Below are positions 23,100 through 33,272 of a stretch of 64,000 nucleotides of DNA, piece after piece (position 1 is the first letter of the stretch; each line of letters begins with the position of its first letter). Source of the DNA: an uncultured delta proteobacterium (lineage in GTDB: Bacteria > Desulfobacterota > Binatia > UBA9968); contig CAVSHR010000009.1 of the NCBI GenBank assembly GCA_963727625.1, positions 64,001 through 128,000 on the forward strand, given 5' to 3'. The notes beneath the pieces were generated by a model that saw nothing but the letters and a program-made list of their open reading frames with translations, made no database searches and was not told the DNA's origin. The translations under genes and the position numbers were made by a program.

Positions 23100-24296
23100 C
23101 TAAATTTGCGGTTTAAAATAAAGCTCCGGCTTCGCGTTGCGAATCTGAAAGACCACCCGCATGAAGAAGATAATCGCAACGGCGACCGCGAAGCCCAAAG
23201 TCGCCGCGCTGATGATCCGATGCAGATCGCTGGGTACGAACATAAACCCGATGGTGCCGAGCAGACAGACAAACGACAGCGGCACCATATACTTCCAACA
23301 AAGCGCCATCAACTGATCGACGCGCACGCGCGGCAGAGTCGCGCGCACCCACATAGCGACGAACACCCATAAATAAGCTTTCAAGAAAAACGTCACGAAT
23401 TGGGCTATGCCCAAGAGCACCGGGCTGTTCTCGAAGATCGGCAGCGGCGGCACTTGCCAACCGCCCAAAAACAACGTGGTGGCCACCGCGCCAATGACAT
23501 AAAGGTTGCCCCACTCGGCGAAGAAGAAAAATAGAAAACGCATGCCGCTGTATTCGGTCACGTAGCCGGCGACGAGCTCGGACTCGGCTTCCGGGATATC
23601 GAACGGCGTGCGGTTGCCTTCGGCGAGCGCCGCCGTGAAGTAGAGGAAAAACGCCGCAAAGGTAAATGGATTGTTGAACAGGAACCAGTCCCAGGGCCCC
23701 CAGCCTTGGGCCTGGATGATTCCCTGCATGCTCATCGTGCCGGCAAGAAATACGATGGTGAGAATCGACAAACCCGCCGGAATTTCATAGCTGACAATTT
23801 GCGCCGCAGAGCGCATGCCGCCGAGCAGCGACCACTTGTTGTTCGATGACCAGCCGGCCATGAGAATGCCGACCACCACCAGCGAAGTGACCGCGAGGAT
23901 ATAGAGGATCCCGATGTTGAGATCGGCGACGATCAGGCTGCCGCCGAAGGGAATGACCACGAAAGTGCAGAGAAACCCCATGAACACGACGTACGGCGCC
24001 AGCGCGAAAAGCTTGGCGTCCGCTGCCGCGGGAATCAAATCTTCCTTGAGCAAATTTTTGATTCCGTCGGCGAGCCATTGGAGAATTCCCTGGGGCCCGA
24101 CCCGGTTTGGGCCGACCCGCGATTGCATGCGCGCCCACACTCGCCGCTCTAGCCAACTGGTAACCCCGGCGAGCGGCGCGACAAACGCGGAAAGCACGAC
24201 GAGCGCCACCAGTACCATCGCGATCGCGTAGACGACTTCTATCGGCATCCCGGCAAAGGCGCCGTCTTTGATCATCCGGTCAAGATAAGCTTGCAT
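23100..24296 (-). CDS. nuoH: NADH-quinone oxidoreductase subunit H
   Basis: RVGPNRVGP, AQIVSYE, NRTPFDIPEAESELVAG. Confidence 0.97.
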   Translation of the reverse strand: MQAYLDRMIKDGAFAGMPIEVVYAIAMVLVALVVLSAFVAPLAGVTSWLERRVWARMQSRVGPNRVGPQGILQWLADGIKNLLKEDLIPAAADAKLFALAPYVVFMGFLCTFVVIPFGGSLIVADLNIGILYILAVTSLVVVGILMAGWSSNNKWSLLGGMRSAAQIVSYEIPAGLSILTIVFLAGTMSMQGIIQAQGWGPWDWFLFNNPFTFAAFFLYFTAALAEGNRTPFDIPEAESELVAGYVTEYSGMRFLFFFFAEWGNLYVIGAVATTLFLGGWQVPPLPIFENSPVLLGIAQFVTFFLKAYLWVFVAMWVRATLPRVRVDQLMALCWKYMVPLSFVCLLGTIGFMFVPSDLHRIISAATLGFAVAVAIIFFMRVVFQIRNAKPELYFKPQI

Positions 24297-24315
24297 GATC
24301 GATATGAATCCCGTT

Positions 24316-25455
24316 CTAGCGGTCGATCTCCGGCGCGTCGACGTCCAGGCTGCCGATCAAGGCGATCAGGTCGGCGAGCATGATCCCCTTGCTGATTTTG
24401 TCGATGATGCTCATCGCGGTGTAGGAACCGGTGCGGATGCGGACGCGATAGGGATACTCGCTGCCGTCGCTGACCACGTAAAACCCCATGTCGCCGCGCG
24501 GCGCTTCGACGCGGGCATAGCACTCCCCCGCCGGGGGACGAAATTTTTTCGGCACCTTGGCGATCGCCGGTCCCTTCGGCATCGTCTTGAGACACTGACG
24601 CAAAATCTTAACGCTTTCCTGCATCTCGCGAATGCGCACCCAGTAACGATCGAAGCTGTCGCCCAATATGCCCAACTGAGCGTTGCCGATGGGCACTTCG
24701 AAATCCAATTCGGGATAGATCGAATAGGGAATATCGCGCCGGATGTCCCACTTGACTCCGGAGCCGCGCAGGTTCGGTCCGACCAGGTTATAGGAAAAAG
24801 CGTCTTCTTTGCTGACCACCGCCACACCGGCCAGCCGCTCGATAAAAATCTTGTTGCCCGAGAGCAAGCGGTTAAATTCGCCAACGATCGGTTCGAAGTG
24901 ATCGAGGAATTGACCGATTCGAGCGCAGGTTTCCGGGAAAATATCGTAGCCGACACCGCCGATGCGAATGTAATTATAGGTGAGCCGCGCGCCACAGATT
25001 TCCTCCATCAGATTGTTGATGGTTTCCCGTTCTCTCAGCGCGTGGACGAACGGCGTCATGGCGCCGATATCCTGGCCGAAGGTGCCGACCGAAATCAGAT
25101 GGCTGGCAATCCGGTTGAGCTCGCAGGCGATCACGCGGCAAAACTCGCCGCGCCGGGTCACTTCGGTTCCAGCGAGCTTCTCGGCCGCCATGCAGAAGGC
25201 CTGATTGGCAAACATTGCGGCCAAATAATCGGCCCGGTCGGTGTAAGGCACATAGCCATGATAGGTGACCTTCTCGCCGATTTTTTCGATCGAACGATGC
25301 AGGTAACCGACGTCGGGGATCGCCTCGCTGATGACTTCGCCGTCGGTTTTCACCACGAAGCGCAACACGCCATGGGTGCTGGGGTGCTGCGGACCGACGC
25401 TGATGGTCATGTCCTCGGTATAAAAACCGGTCTCTGCTTGAGCCGTTTCGTTCAT
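24316..25455 (-). CDS. nuoD: NADH-quinone oxidoreductase subunit D
   Basis: [21 protein letters not shown]; ends EIDR; no NiFe-hydrogenase CxxC motifs. Confidence 0.96.
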   Translation of the reverse strand: MNETAQAETGFYTEDMTISVGPQHPSTHGVLRFVVKTDGEVISEAIPDVGYLHRSIEKIGEKVTYHGYVPYTDRADYLAAMFANQAFCMAAEKLAGTEVTRRGEFCRVIACELNRIASHLISVGTFGQDIGAMTPFVHALRERETINNLMEEICGARLTYNYIRIGGVGYDIFPETCARIGQFLDHFEPIVGEFNRLLSGNKIFIERLAGVAVVSKEDAFSYNLVGPNLRGSGVKWDIRRDIPYSIYPELDFEVPIGNAQLGILGDSFDRYWVRIREMQESVKILRQCLKTMPKGPAIAKVPKKFRPPAGECYARVEAPRGDMGFYVVSDGSEYPYRVRIRTGSYTAMSIIDKISKGIMLADLIALIGSLDVDAPEIDR

Positions 25456-25462
25456 TGCTTTC

Positions 25463-25969
25463 CTATCGCAATAGCTTCTCGACCAATGGCGCCCGTTGCG
25501 TGCTGATGCCGTCGTATTCTTCCTGCTCGACGTAGTCCTTGCGCAGCGGGTGGCCGGTCCAGTCTTCCGGCAGCATGATCCGGCGCAAGTCGCTGTGCCC
25601 CTCGAAGATCACGCCGAAAAGATCGTAAACCTCGCGCTCGAACCAATTCGCCACCTTCCAAACCGCCTCGACGGTGGAGATTTTCGGGTTGTCACGCGGC
25701 AGATCGACCTTGAGCACGATCTGATGATTCAGCGAGTAAGAAAACAGGTGGTAAACGACTTGTATCTTTTCTTCCTTGGGCCAATCGAGAGCGGTTAAAT
25801 CGGATAGAACTTCGAATTTGAGCCCGGCGCCGTCGCGCAGAAAGCGGCAGACTTCGACGATCGAATCGCACTCGGCCGTCAAGTAGGGGTCCAAGACGTC
25901 GCCCTTAAAATCCCTCACCTTGCCGGGAAACTGTTTTTCTAAGCCCGCGTATATCTCTTTTGCGTCCAT
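25463..25969 (-). CDS. nuoC: NADH-quinone oxidoreductase subunit C
   Basis: [19 protein letters not shown]. Confidence 0.96.
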   Translation of the reverse strand: MDAKEIYAGLEKQFPGKVRDFKGDVLDPYLTAECDSIVEVCRFLRDGAGLKFEVLSDLTALDWPKEEKIQVVYHLFSYSLNHQIVLKVDLPRDNPKISTVEAVWKVANWFEREVYDLFGVIFEGHSDLRRIMLPEDWTGHPLRKDYVEQEEYDGISTQRAPLVEKLLR

Positions 25970-25975
25970 TGTGAT

Positions 25976-26488
25976 TTACGCTTCGGGCCGCTCTTGCGCC
26001 GGTCGCGACGGCTTAACCAGCCAGCGTTCGCGCATCATCTTATCTTGAATCCGTAGCAGTCCTTCGGTGAGCGCCTCTGGACGGGGCGGACAGCCGGGCA
26101 CGTAAACGTCCACTGGAATGATCTTATCGACACCCTTGCAAACCGAGTAGGCAAGCTGAAAAAGCCCGCCGCAATTCGAGCAGCTGCCCATGGAAATCAC
26201 GTACTTCGGATCCGGCATCTGATCGTAAAGCAGCTTGGTTCGCTTGGCCATCTTGTAAGTCAACGTACCCGCGACGATCATCAGATCCGACTGCCTTGGC
26301 GTCGCCCGCGGCACCGCGCCGAAGCGATCAAGATCCGCCCGCGGCCCACCGGTTTGCATCAGCTCGATGGCGCAACAGGCCAGACCGAAGAGCATGTACC
26401 ATTGCGAGGAGGCGCGCCCCCAATTGAGCAAGTCGTCAACTTTCGTCGTGAAAACCGTTTCCGGCAGAGAATTGATTAAAGGTTTCAT
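25976..26488 (-). CDS. nuoB: NADH-quinone oxidoreductase subunit B
   Basis: [22 protein letters not shown]; ATG at 26488 after AGGAG. Confidence 0.97.
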   Translation of the reverse strand: MKPLINSLPETVFTTKVDDLLNWGRASSQWYMLFGLACCAIELMQTGGPRADLDRFGAVPRATPRQSDLMIVAGTLTYKMAKRTKLLYDQMPDPKYVISMGSCSNCGGLFQLAYSVCKGVDKIIPVDVYVPGCPPRPEALTEGLLRIQDKMMRERWLVKPSRPAQERPEA

Positions 26489-26507
26489 GCCAGGGCTCCT
26501 AACGGCA

Positions 26508-26894
26508 TCAGGCCTTGATTTTCTTGACCCACTCCAAATCTCCTTTGACCCAGGCGTAAACCAGGCCAAGAAAGAGAACGCCGACAAAAAGCAATATTTC
26601 GATCAGCGCGAAAACGCCTACGCCGCCCTCGACCCAGCGGCGAAACACGGAAGCCACGGGAAAAATGAAGGCAATTTCAACTTCGAAGATGATAAAGATC
26701 AGCGCGACGATGTAAAAGCGGATGTTGAAATTCACCCACGCGCTGCCCATCGCCGGCTCGCCGCACTCGTAGGTCGAGAGCTTTCGCGCTTGCGGGTTGG
26801 ACGGACGCAGCAGCTTGCCAATCAATAGATTGACCCCGACAAAGCCCAGGCCCAATGCCGTGAACACCAAGACATTCGCAAAATCAAATAACAT
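26508..26894 (-). CDS. nuoA: NADH-quinone oxidoreductase subunit A
   Basis: YECGE, FIIFEVE, KGDLEW. Confidence 0.96.
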   Translation of the reverse strand: MLFDFANVLVFTALGLGFVGVNLLIGKLLRPSNPQARKLSTYECGEPAMGSAWVNFNIRFYIVALIFIIFEVEIAFIFPVASVFRRWVEGGVGVFALIEILLFVGVLFLGLVYAWVKGDLEWVKKIKA

Positions 26895-27135
26895 CGTAAG
26901 TTTCCGAAATTGCTCTAGAAGAGAGGCTATAATTGGTATTAATCACAAAAGCTCTGGAGAATCAACCAGCTCTCTGCGCCGCTTTCCGCCTAACTTTGTT
27001 TGCGGTAGCGAATTTTTTTGACTACATTTAGCGCCGGTCGACGGGTTGCCTTTCCAAGATCTGCAAATTCATTCCAAGCAGCCGTCTACACAGCGGAATC
27101 GGAGATTTAAGCGGGTGAAATTGGGACTAAAATTC

Positions 27136-27336
27136 GGCGCCGCGTTGAGCGTCCTGCAAAAAATCCTGCGCGCCGAAGATCGCTTACTCGAAGACGGTTA
27201 CAAAGAATACTGCGGCGCGATTTCCAGTCCGCCCTATCCAGGGTTGAAAGGTCTCGGAGCCGTGCGCGCCGGCCTGGTGGATTCGACACCGCGGCTCAGG
27301 AACGCAGACTTGAGAAAATATGTTGACGATAGATTT
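27136..27336 (+). pseudogene. C-terminal remnant of an NMT1/SsuA-like ABC substrate-binding protein
   Basis: LEDGYKEY...PPYPGLKGL...PRLRNADLRKYVDDRF resembles the C-terminus of this family; no N-terminal part is present. Confidence 0.45.
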
Positions 27337-27417
27337 AAGCCAGGTAGCCGCGGTTTTCTAGTTCAAGATCTGACCTTGAACTTTGAACGTTAAACTTGTG
27401 AACCGGCCGGAGGCCCC

Positions 27418-28629
27418 ATGAGAATCGAAACCGAACGAAAAATACGCCGCTGGCGCGAGCAGCGCTGGATCTTGGATCAAGTCATTCAAACCCGGGGCAT
27501 CGACTGGGACCAGGGTCGCACCGGAAAGATCCTTCGCAACTGCGGCCCGGCCGTCCAGGCCGACCTGCAGGAAGTCTGCCGGCGCATTCAAAAATTCGTC
27601 GACATCCCGCGCGAGTTCAGCCGCGCCGCGGCGCGCCGTGAAGAACAGGGGCGCCAGGCCGAGGCCGCCGGCCATCTGCCCGAAGCGCGCGACCACTACT
27701 ACATCGCCGCCTGTTTTTACACCAACGCCATGTGGGCGATCTATGAAGACGGCAACCCAGAGCGGATTCACTGGCAGGAAAGAAAGCACGCCTGTTACGA
27801 TAAATTTATCGCCTTCGCGGCCCGGCCCATCGAGCGCGTCGAGCTGCCCTATGAGGGGAAAAAGATACAGGCGATTTTGCATCTGCCGCCGAATCGAAAG
27901 CCGGATGAGAAAGTCCCCTGCATCATGTACATCCCGGGCATGGACGGGGTGAAAGAAGACAACCCGGCGACCGGCGATCCGTTTCTCGAGCGCGGCTTCG
28001 CGGTGCTCGCTATCGACGGCCCCGGCCAAGGCGAGACCCGCGAAGGCGGGATTTGCTGCACGGCGTCCAACTATGCCGACGCCGGCAAGCTCGCCTGCGA
28101 TTATTTGGTCAAACGGCCGGAGATCGACGCGCAGAGACTCGGAATTATGGGTTCGAGCATGGGCTCCTACTGGGCGCCGCGCGTGGTCGCCGAAGAGAAA
28201 CGCTTCAAAGCCTGTGCCGTCAGCGGCGTCTGCATGGAACCGGGCCAGTTCGCGATTTTCAACATGTCGTCGCCGACTTTTAAATTAAATTATATGTACA
28301 TGTCGGGCTACGACGACGAGGCCGCCTTCGACGAGTTTACGACGACGCTGAGTCTCGAAGGCGTCACTGCCAAGATCAACTGTCCTTATATGGTTGCCGC
28401 CGGCGAAGACGACGAGCATTGCGATATGAAATTCGTTTACCGGTTGATGGGCGAGATCCCCGCGCCCAAGCTGCTCTACGTTTTCGAAGGCGAGCGTCAC
28501 TCGATTCGCAATCCGCGCTCACGTCCGCTGGTGGTCAACTGGCTCATCGACACCCTGCTCGGCAAGCCGTTCAAGTCGGAAATCGTCCGAGTCGAGACCA
28601 GCGGCAAGGAAGTGCACCGGGATTGGTAA
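27418..28629 (+). CDS. Alpha/beta hydrolase (FrsA / 2,6-dihydroxypseudooxynicotine hydrolase-like)
   Basis: PGMDGVKE, IDGPGQGE, GSSMG nucleophile elbow, GEDD, C-terminal His. Confidence 0.85.
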   Translation: MRIETERKIRRWREQRWILDQVIQTRGIDWDQGRTGKILRNCGPAVQADLQEVCRRIQKFVDIPREFSRAAARREEQGRQAEAAGHLPEARDHYYIAACFYTNAMWAIYEDGNPERIHWQERKHACYDKFIAFAARPIERVELPYEGKKIQAILHLPPNRKPDEKVPCIMYIPGMDGVKEDNPATGDPFLERGFAVLAIDGPGQGETREGGICCTASNYADAGKLACDYLVKRPEIDAQRLGIMGSSMGSYWAPRVVAEEKRFKACAVSGVCMEPGQFAIFNMSSPTFKLNYMYMSGYDDEAAFDEFTTTLSLEGVTAKINCPYMVAAGEDDEHCDMKFVYRLMGEIPAPKLLYVFEGERHSIRNPRSRPLVVNWLIDTLLGKPFKSEIVRVETSGKEVHRDW

Positions 28630-28633
28630 ATGC

Positions 28634-28714
28634 CGTGCTCGTGGGCGTGAAACGTGATCGTGACAGAACGAACACGGGACACGGGCACGCACGCGATTCA
28701 CGACCACGAGCACG
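28634..28714. repeat. Intergenic inverted repeat built from CACG/CGTG short units
   Basis: CGTGCTCGTGG (28634-44) and CCACGAGCACG (28704-14) are perfect complements enclosing further CGTG/CACG units. Confidence 0.75.
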
Positions 28715-28732
28715 ATGAGATAGGTGGCAGGG

Positions 28733-29896
28733 ATGGGGATAGCATATGGTGATCTGATCGGCGGAGTGAGCGGCGACATGTTCGTCGCTGCCTTGCTCGA
28801 TCTCGGCCTATCGCTAAATAAAGTCCGGTCCGAACTAAAAAAGATCCCGACTCTCAAATTCGAAATCAAGACGGTTAAAAAGCACGTTCACTTGATACGT
28901 GCTACACAGCTCAAAGTCATTTGCGCAAAAGACGAGGCGCCGCGATCGTGGAAACAAATCCGCGACCTGATCGAGCGGAGCAAACTCGACGCCGAGGTTA
29001 AAACAACCGGGATCGCGGTTTTTTCTCGGCTGGCACAAGCCGAAGCGAAGATCCACGGCGTCGCGGTCGATCGCGTCCACTTTCACGAAGTCGGCGCCAC
29101 CGACTCCATCGTCGACATCATTGCCGCCGCCATCGGCATTCAAACCCTCGGCATCGACTCGTTTCACTTCTCGCCAATTCCTCTGGGCCGAGGCGTCGCC
29201 CGTTCGCTGCACGGCCCGCTTCCCGTGCCCGGCCCCGCGACTCTCGAGCTCCTCAAAGGGCTGCCGGTCTTCGGCGTCGATGTGGGAAGCGAAACGGTCA
29301 CGCCCACCGGCGCGGCGATTCTGCGCACCCTGGGGCAGGGATTTGGCGGCCAACCGGCCATGAAAATCGCCAAGATCGGCTACGGCGCGGGACAGAAGGA
29401 ATTCGCCGATCGTCCCAATCTTTTTCGCGTTGTCCTCGGCGAGCCGGATTTATCCTGTCAAACCGAAGAAATGCTGGTCATCGAAACCAACATCGACGAC
29501 ATGAACCCGCAGTTCTACGATTATGTCATGGCTCGTTTGTTCGCGGCCGGCGCGCGCGATGTTTTTTTGACGCCGATCCAGATGAAAAAGAACCGCCCCG
29601 CGACCCTGCTCAGCGTGATCGCCGACCCACCGGATCGTGACAAGCTCGCAAAGATTATTTTCGAGGAAACTTCGACCCTCGGCCTTCGCTCCTACCCGGT
29701 GCGCCGCCTGGTGCTCAAGCGCCGCTCAAAAAAATTAAAAACCCGCTTCGGCGAAGTCGCGATCAAAATCGTCGAACAGCCCGACGGGAGCAAGAAAGCT
29801 TCAGTGGAGTACGATGATCTAAAGCGCATCGCCGCCGCCAACAAATTGCCGATCAAACTCGTCCGTCAAGAAATCCTGCGCCTGGTTGGGGAATAG
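28733..29896 (+). CDS. larC: Nickel pincer cofactor biosynthesis protein LarC
   Basis: GVSGDM, HFHEVGATDSIVDI, PVPGPAT, TPTGAA, ETNIDD, MKKNRP. Confidence 0.95.
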   Translation: MGIAYGDLIGGVSGDMFVAALLDLGLSLNKVRSELKKIPTLKFEIKTVKKHVHLIRATQLKVICAKDEAPRSWKQIRDLIERSKLDAEVKTTGIAVFSRLAQAEAKIHGVAVDRVHFHEVGATDSIVDIIAAAIGIQTLGIDSFHFSPIPLGRGVARSLHGPLPVPGPATLELLKGLPVFGVDVGSETVTPTGAAILRTLGQGFGGQPAMKIAKIGYGAGQKEFADRPNLFRVVLGEPDLSCQTEEMLVIETNIDDMNPQFYDYVMARLFAAGARDVFLTPIQMKKNRPATLLSVIADPPDRDKLAKIIFEETSTLGLRSYPVRRLVLKRRSKKLKTRFGEVAIKIVEQPDGSKKASVEYDDLKRIAAANKLPIKLVRQEILRLVGE

Positions 29897-29917
29897 CCTG
29901 CCGCAGAAAACCCAGAG

Positions 29918-31180
29918 ATGTCCGACAACCTGTCCGGCAACGACGACAGATTGGTTCCGTTTCGCCCCTGGGCGTCGCTGCGCCATCGCGATTACAGCTT
30001 CCTGTTTTTGTTTTCGCTTTTCGCCACCACCGCCCAGCAGATGCGCGTGACGCAAAATTTCTATCAGGTTTACGAGATCTCGGGGTCGGCTTTTCAACTC
30101 GGTCTCACCGGCCTGGCGCAGGGGATTCCGATCTTTGCGCTCGGTCTGTTCGGCGGCACGCTGGCCGATTTCCTTGACCGCAAGAAACTGCTCTTGATCA
30201 CGACCTTCGGAAATCTCCTCGTCGCCGTCGCCCTGGGAGTGTTGACGCTGACCGGCCTCATCGAAGTGTGGCACATCCTGGTCGGCACCGCGGTCACCTC
30301 CGGGCTCAACATCGTCCTCAACCCGACGCGCATGGCACTGATTTCTCGTCTCGTGCCGCGCTCTCATTTGACCAATGCCGTGTCGCTAAACTCGAGTGTT
30401 TCCCAAGGCTCGCACTTCATCGGCCCGATGCTCGGCGGCTTGAGCCTAGCCTGGATGACCACGGGAAACGCTTACCTGTTCAACGCTTTGTTTTACCTGC
30501 CGGCGGCCATCGCCGTGGTCCTGTTGAAAGTTCCGGCGATCGACCAGAGCGAGCGGGAAACATTTTCGCCCGGCAGCATTTTGGGCGGTCTGCGCTTTTT
30601 ATTCTCCGAGCCGATCATTCTCGCCCTGGTTCTGCTCGACTTCACCATTGTCGGAGTCGGCTACTACCGGCCGCTGTTGCCGATCTTCGCCAAGGATATT
30701 CTTTTCGTCGGTCCCGCCGGTTTCGGCGCGCTTTCCTCGGCACCCGCAGTGGGCGGCATCCTCGGCACCGTCACGATTCTGTTTTTCGGCGACGTCAAGC
30801 GCAAAGGGCTGCTCGCCCTCTGGGCGTTTCTGAGTTATGCGATTGCTCTGGGTTTCTTTGCGGTTTCGGCGAGCTTCGCGCTGTCGCTGCTGCTGCTCGG
30901 CGCCATGGGCCTGGCCAATTCGCTGCAAGCGGTCATGCGCCAGACGACTTTTCACCTGCTAACTCCCGATCACCTGCGCGGCCGTGCCTTTTCAGTTTTC
31001 AATATGTTTTCCCAGGGCGCCAACTCCGTCGGCGCCACCGAAGTCGGCTTTGTGGCCGTGCTCCTCGGCGCGCCGGGCTCGCTGCTCTTCGGCTGCGCCG
31101 TCGGCGGACTATTGACTGTGGGCTGTTGGATTATGATGCCGGGGTTAAGAAGTTTCGGCGCCGAAATGCGCCAACGCTGA
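29918..31180 (+). CDS. MFS transporter (EntS/DHA3-like)
   Basis: About 12 hydrophobic segments, GTLADFLDRKK motif A, PDHLRGR. Confidence 0.9.
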   Translation: MSDNLSGNDDRLVPFRPWASLRHRDYSFLFLFSLFATTAQQMRVTQNFYQVYEISGSAFQLGLTGLAQGIPIFALGLFGGTLADFLDRKKLLLITTFGNLLVAVALGVLTLTGLIEVWHILVGTAVTSGLNIVLNPTRMALISRLVPRSHLTNAVSLNSSVSQGSHFIGPMLGGLSLAWMTTGNAYLFNALFYLPAAIAVVLLKVPAIDQSERETFSPGSILGGLRFLFSEPIILALVLLDFTIVGVGYYRPLLPIFAKDILFVGPAGFGALSSAPAVGGILGTVTILFFGDVKRKGLLALWAFLSYAIALGFFAVSASFALSLLLLGAMGLANSLQAVMRQTTFHLLTPDHLRGRAFSVFNMFSQGANSVGATEVGFVAVLLGAPGSLLFGCAVGGLLTVGCWIMMPGLRSFGAEMRQR

Positions 31181-31239
31181 GGAAACGATCTAAACGCTTT
31201 TTATCTTTATCCTTTATCCTTCCGCCCTTATCCTTCTGG

Positions 31240-32259
31240 CTATTTCAGATATCCCCGCTCGCGATAAAACTTTCTCGCGCCGGGATGAAGCGGCACGTCA
31301 TAGGGCGCCTCTTCACCGTTGGCACAGAGGTCAGCGATGCGCAGCGGTCGAAAATTGTCCGTCGGGATCGTTTTTCGCCGCGCTTCGAGCGCTTCGCAGA
31401 GGGCGTAGGCCACGTCGTTCGGCATGTCGGCGCGCACCGCCATCGGCCAGCCGCTGAAATCGATGGTCGGCACGTCCGCCACCAAACCCTTAAACTGAGA
31501 CTTGGGAACAAAGCCCGGCCGGTAGCCCATCGCTTTGAGGCGTCTGAGCAGCGCTCCATCGATGGGCAGATAGCGAAAGCCATGTTCGAGTGCCGACTGA
31601 CCCCAGCTCTTGATGCCCTCGTCGAACACCGCGTTGATCGCGCCGCTTTCGATGCCGGCGCGCCGGTCGGGGTGGCTCGGCCGCGACACCGCTTGAATCT
31701 TGCCGCCCCACTTGCGCAGATCGTCAATGCTAAACCCGGCGGCCTTGAGCGCCGCGTGCACCATGAAGGTCACCGGACTCTCGATCATATCGCGCTTGCC
31801 CACCGGCCCGGTGGAAAGGCGCAGCGGAAAACGATTTTCTTTGATTTGCGCGAGCGAAGTGATGCCGGTGGACTCGTGCACCGCAAAGCCCATCACGTCC
31901 CAGGAGGGAAACGTGCCGATGACGCGCAATGGAATGCGCCCTTTGAGCGGCCCGGTGCCCCGGTAGGCAAGCGTCACTGACGCCGAAGGATTGATCCACG
32001 CCACCGACGCTTTGCCCTCGGCCAAAAGCTTGAGCTCGCGAAAACTGTCGGCCGCAAAGGCGAGCGAAATACAATCTCCCTGCTTACCTCTGGGCGACAA
32101 AGATAGCTTCAAGTAATAACCGAGACGTGAATCGGTCTGCAACACGCCCTCGGCGGCCCGCCGCGTCCGGTGGGACAACGAAGTGTCATACAGGCCGGAA
32201 GCCAACTCCAAAAAACCCTTTACCCGTTGAATGGCCGAATTGTAGCGTCGTTTGGTCAC
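31240..32259 (-). CDS. TAXI-family solute receptor-like protein
   Basis: C-terminal VRADMPNDVAY...VPLHPGARKFYRERG; GTG at 32259 after AAGGAG; no obvious signal peptide. Confidence 0.8.
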   Translation of the reverse strand: MTKRRYNSAIQRVKGFLELASGLYDTSLSHRTRRAAEGVLQTDSRLGYYLKLSLSPRGKQGDCISLAFAADSFRELKLLAEGKASVAWINPSASVTLAYRGTGPLKGRIPLRVIGTFPSWDVMGFAVHESTGITSLAQIKENRFPLRLSTGPVGKRDMIESPVTFMVHAALKAAGFSIDDLRKWGGKIQAVSRPSHPDRRAGIESGAINAVFDEGIKSWGQSALEHGFRYLPIDGALLRRLKAMGYRPGFVPKSQFKGLVADVPTIDFSGWPMAVRADMPNDVAYALCEALEARRKTIPTDNFRPLRIADLCANGEEAPYDVPLHPGARKFYRERGYLK

Positions 32260-32552
32260 AGCAGGGCTCCTTGCGATAAATTGCTTGTTGAAAAAGTGGT
32301 TGCAGCGATGCGTTTTTAATTTACCTATGTGATTGGAAGCCGATTTGTCAACGAGCAACCGGCGCCTTGTCGTCTTTACGCGGGCTAAAGCTCGAAACAA
32401 GAAACTAAAAATGGCAGGACGAGAAACTTTTTCGGCGAGAATGTTAATTTGGCAATCGGTATTGAAGCGCGGCGACGACCCCGAACCAATAGCGAATTTT
32501 CATAGGCGCTCTCGTTCCCTCTCAGTTGATTTCGGTCAATAGCCGGCGCGTT

Positions 32553-33272
32553 TCACCGGTTCGGCAATACCGATTCGAGTAAACGCAAGTCGATTTCCCT
32601 CTCGATCAAATCCACCGGGTCGTATTTTTCGCCCGCTGGCGTTTCAACGAACGGCAGTTCCCCCAGGCAAGGCACTCCGGTCAATCCGAACAAAACCTCG
32701 CGATTGGTCGCCGCAGCGAGCGAGGTTTCGCCGGCGAGATGATTGAGCACAAAGCCGAGCACGCTCAAGGCCTTGCAGCTCGCGTGCTCCAAGGTCAGCA
32801 AGAGATGGTTGATAACGCCGAGCCGATTGGCTGCGACGACCAGCGCCGGCAGTTTCAAGACCCGGGCAAAATCGGCGTAGGTGTAGCTCGGCAGGAGCGG
32901 CACCATCAGGCCACCGGCGCCTTCGACCAGCGTGATGTCATTCCGCGCGCGGATATCATCATAAACCATGCGCAAATGATCGACATCAATTCTCACCCCC
33001 GCTCTTTCGGCGGCGATGCTCGGCGCCAGCGGTGCCGGTAGGCGGTAAGGGCAGATCGTTTCGATGGGATCGGCTGAGCCCGAAGCGTCTTTGAGAGCCA
33101 TCGCGTCTTGCGGAATTAAATTACCGTCGATTTCTCGACAACCGGTCTCCGCCGGTTTCATGACGCCGACGCGATAGCCGCAGGCGCGCAAATAGGCCGC
33201 CAGCGCCGCCGCGACAAAAGTCTTGCCCACGCCGGTGTCCGTGCCGGTGATGAAGATTCCCTTGCCCATCAA
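32553..33272 (-). CDS. bioD: Dethiobiotin synthase
   Basis: TGTDTGVGKT, KPAETG, VEGAGG, LGVINH. Confidence 0.96.
   Translation of the reverse strand: MMGKGIFITGTDTGVGKTFVAAALAAYLRACGYRVGVMKPAETGCREIDGNLIPQDAMALKDASGSADPIETICPYRLPAPLAPSIAAERAGVRIDVDHLRMVYDDIRARNDITLVEGAGGLMVPLLPSYTYADFARVLKLPALVVAANRLGVINHLLLTLEHASCKALSVLGFVLNHLAGETSLAAATNREVLFGLTGVPCLGELPFVETPAGEKYDPVDLIEREIDLRLLESVLPNR

Noticed and set aside
24295-25506. 403-aa ORF antisense to nuoD, and similar antisense ORFs over radA, cofD and groEL
   Set aside because: Expected shadow ORFs in GC-rich coding DNA.
24316-26488. Group 4 NiFe hydrogenase interpretation of the nuoB/C/D genes
   Set aside because: The large subunit lacks Ni-binding CxxC motifs and ends in EIDR like NuoD.
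30268-31980. 570-aa plus-strand ORF
   Set aside because: Alternate-frame and antisense shadow of the MFS and TAXI genes, Arg/Ala-rich with no motifs.
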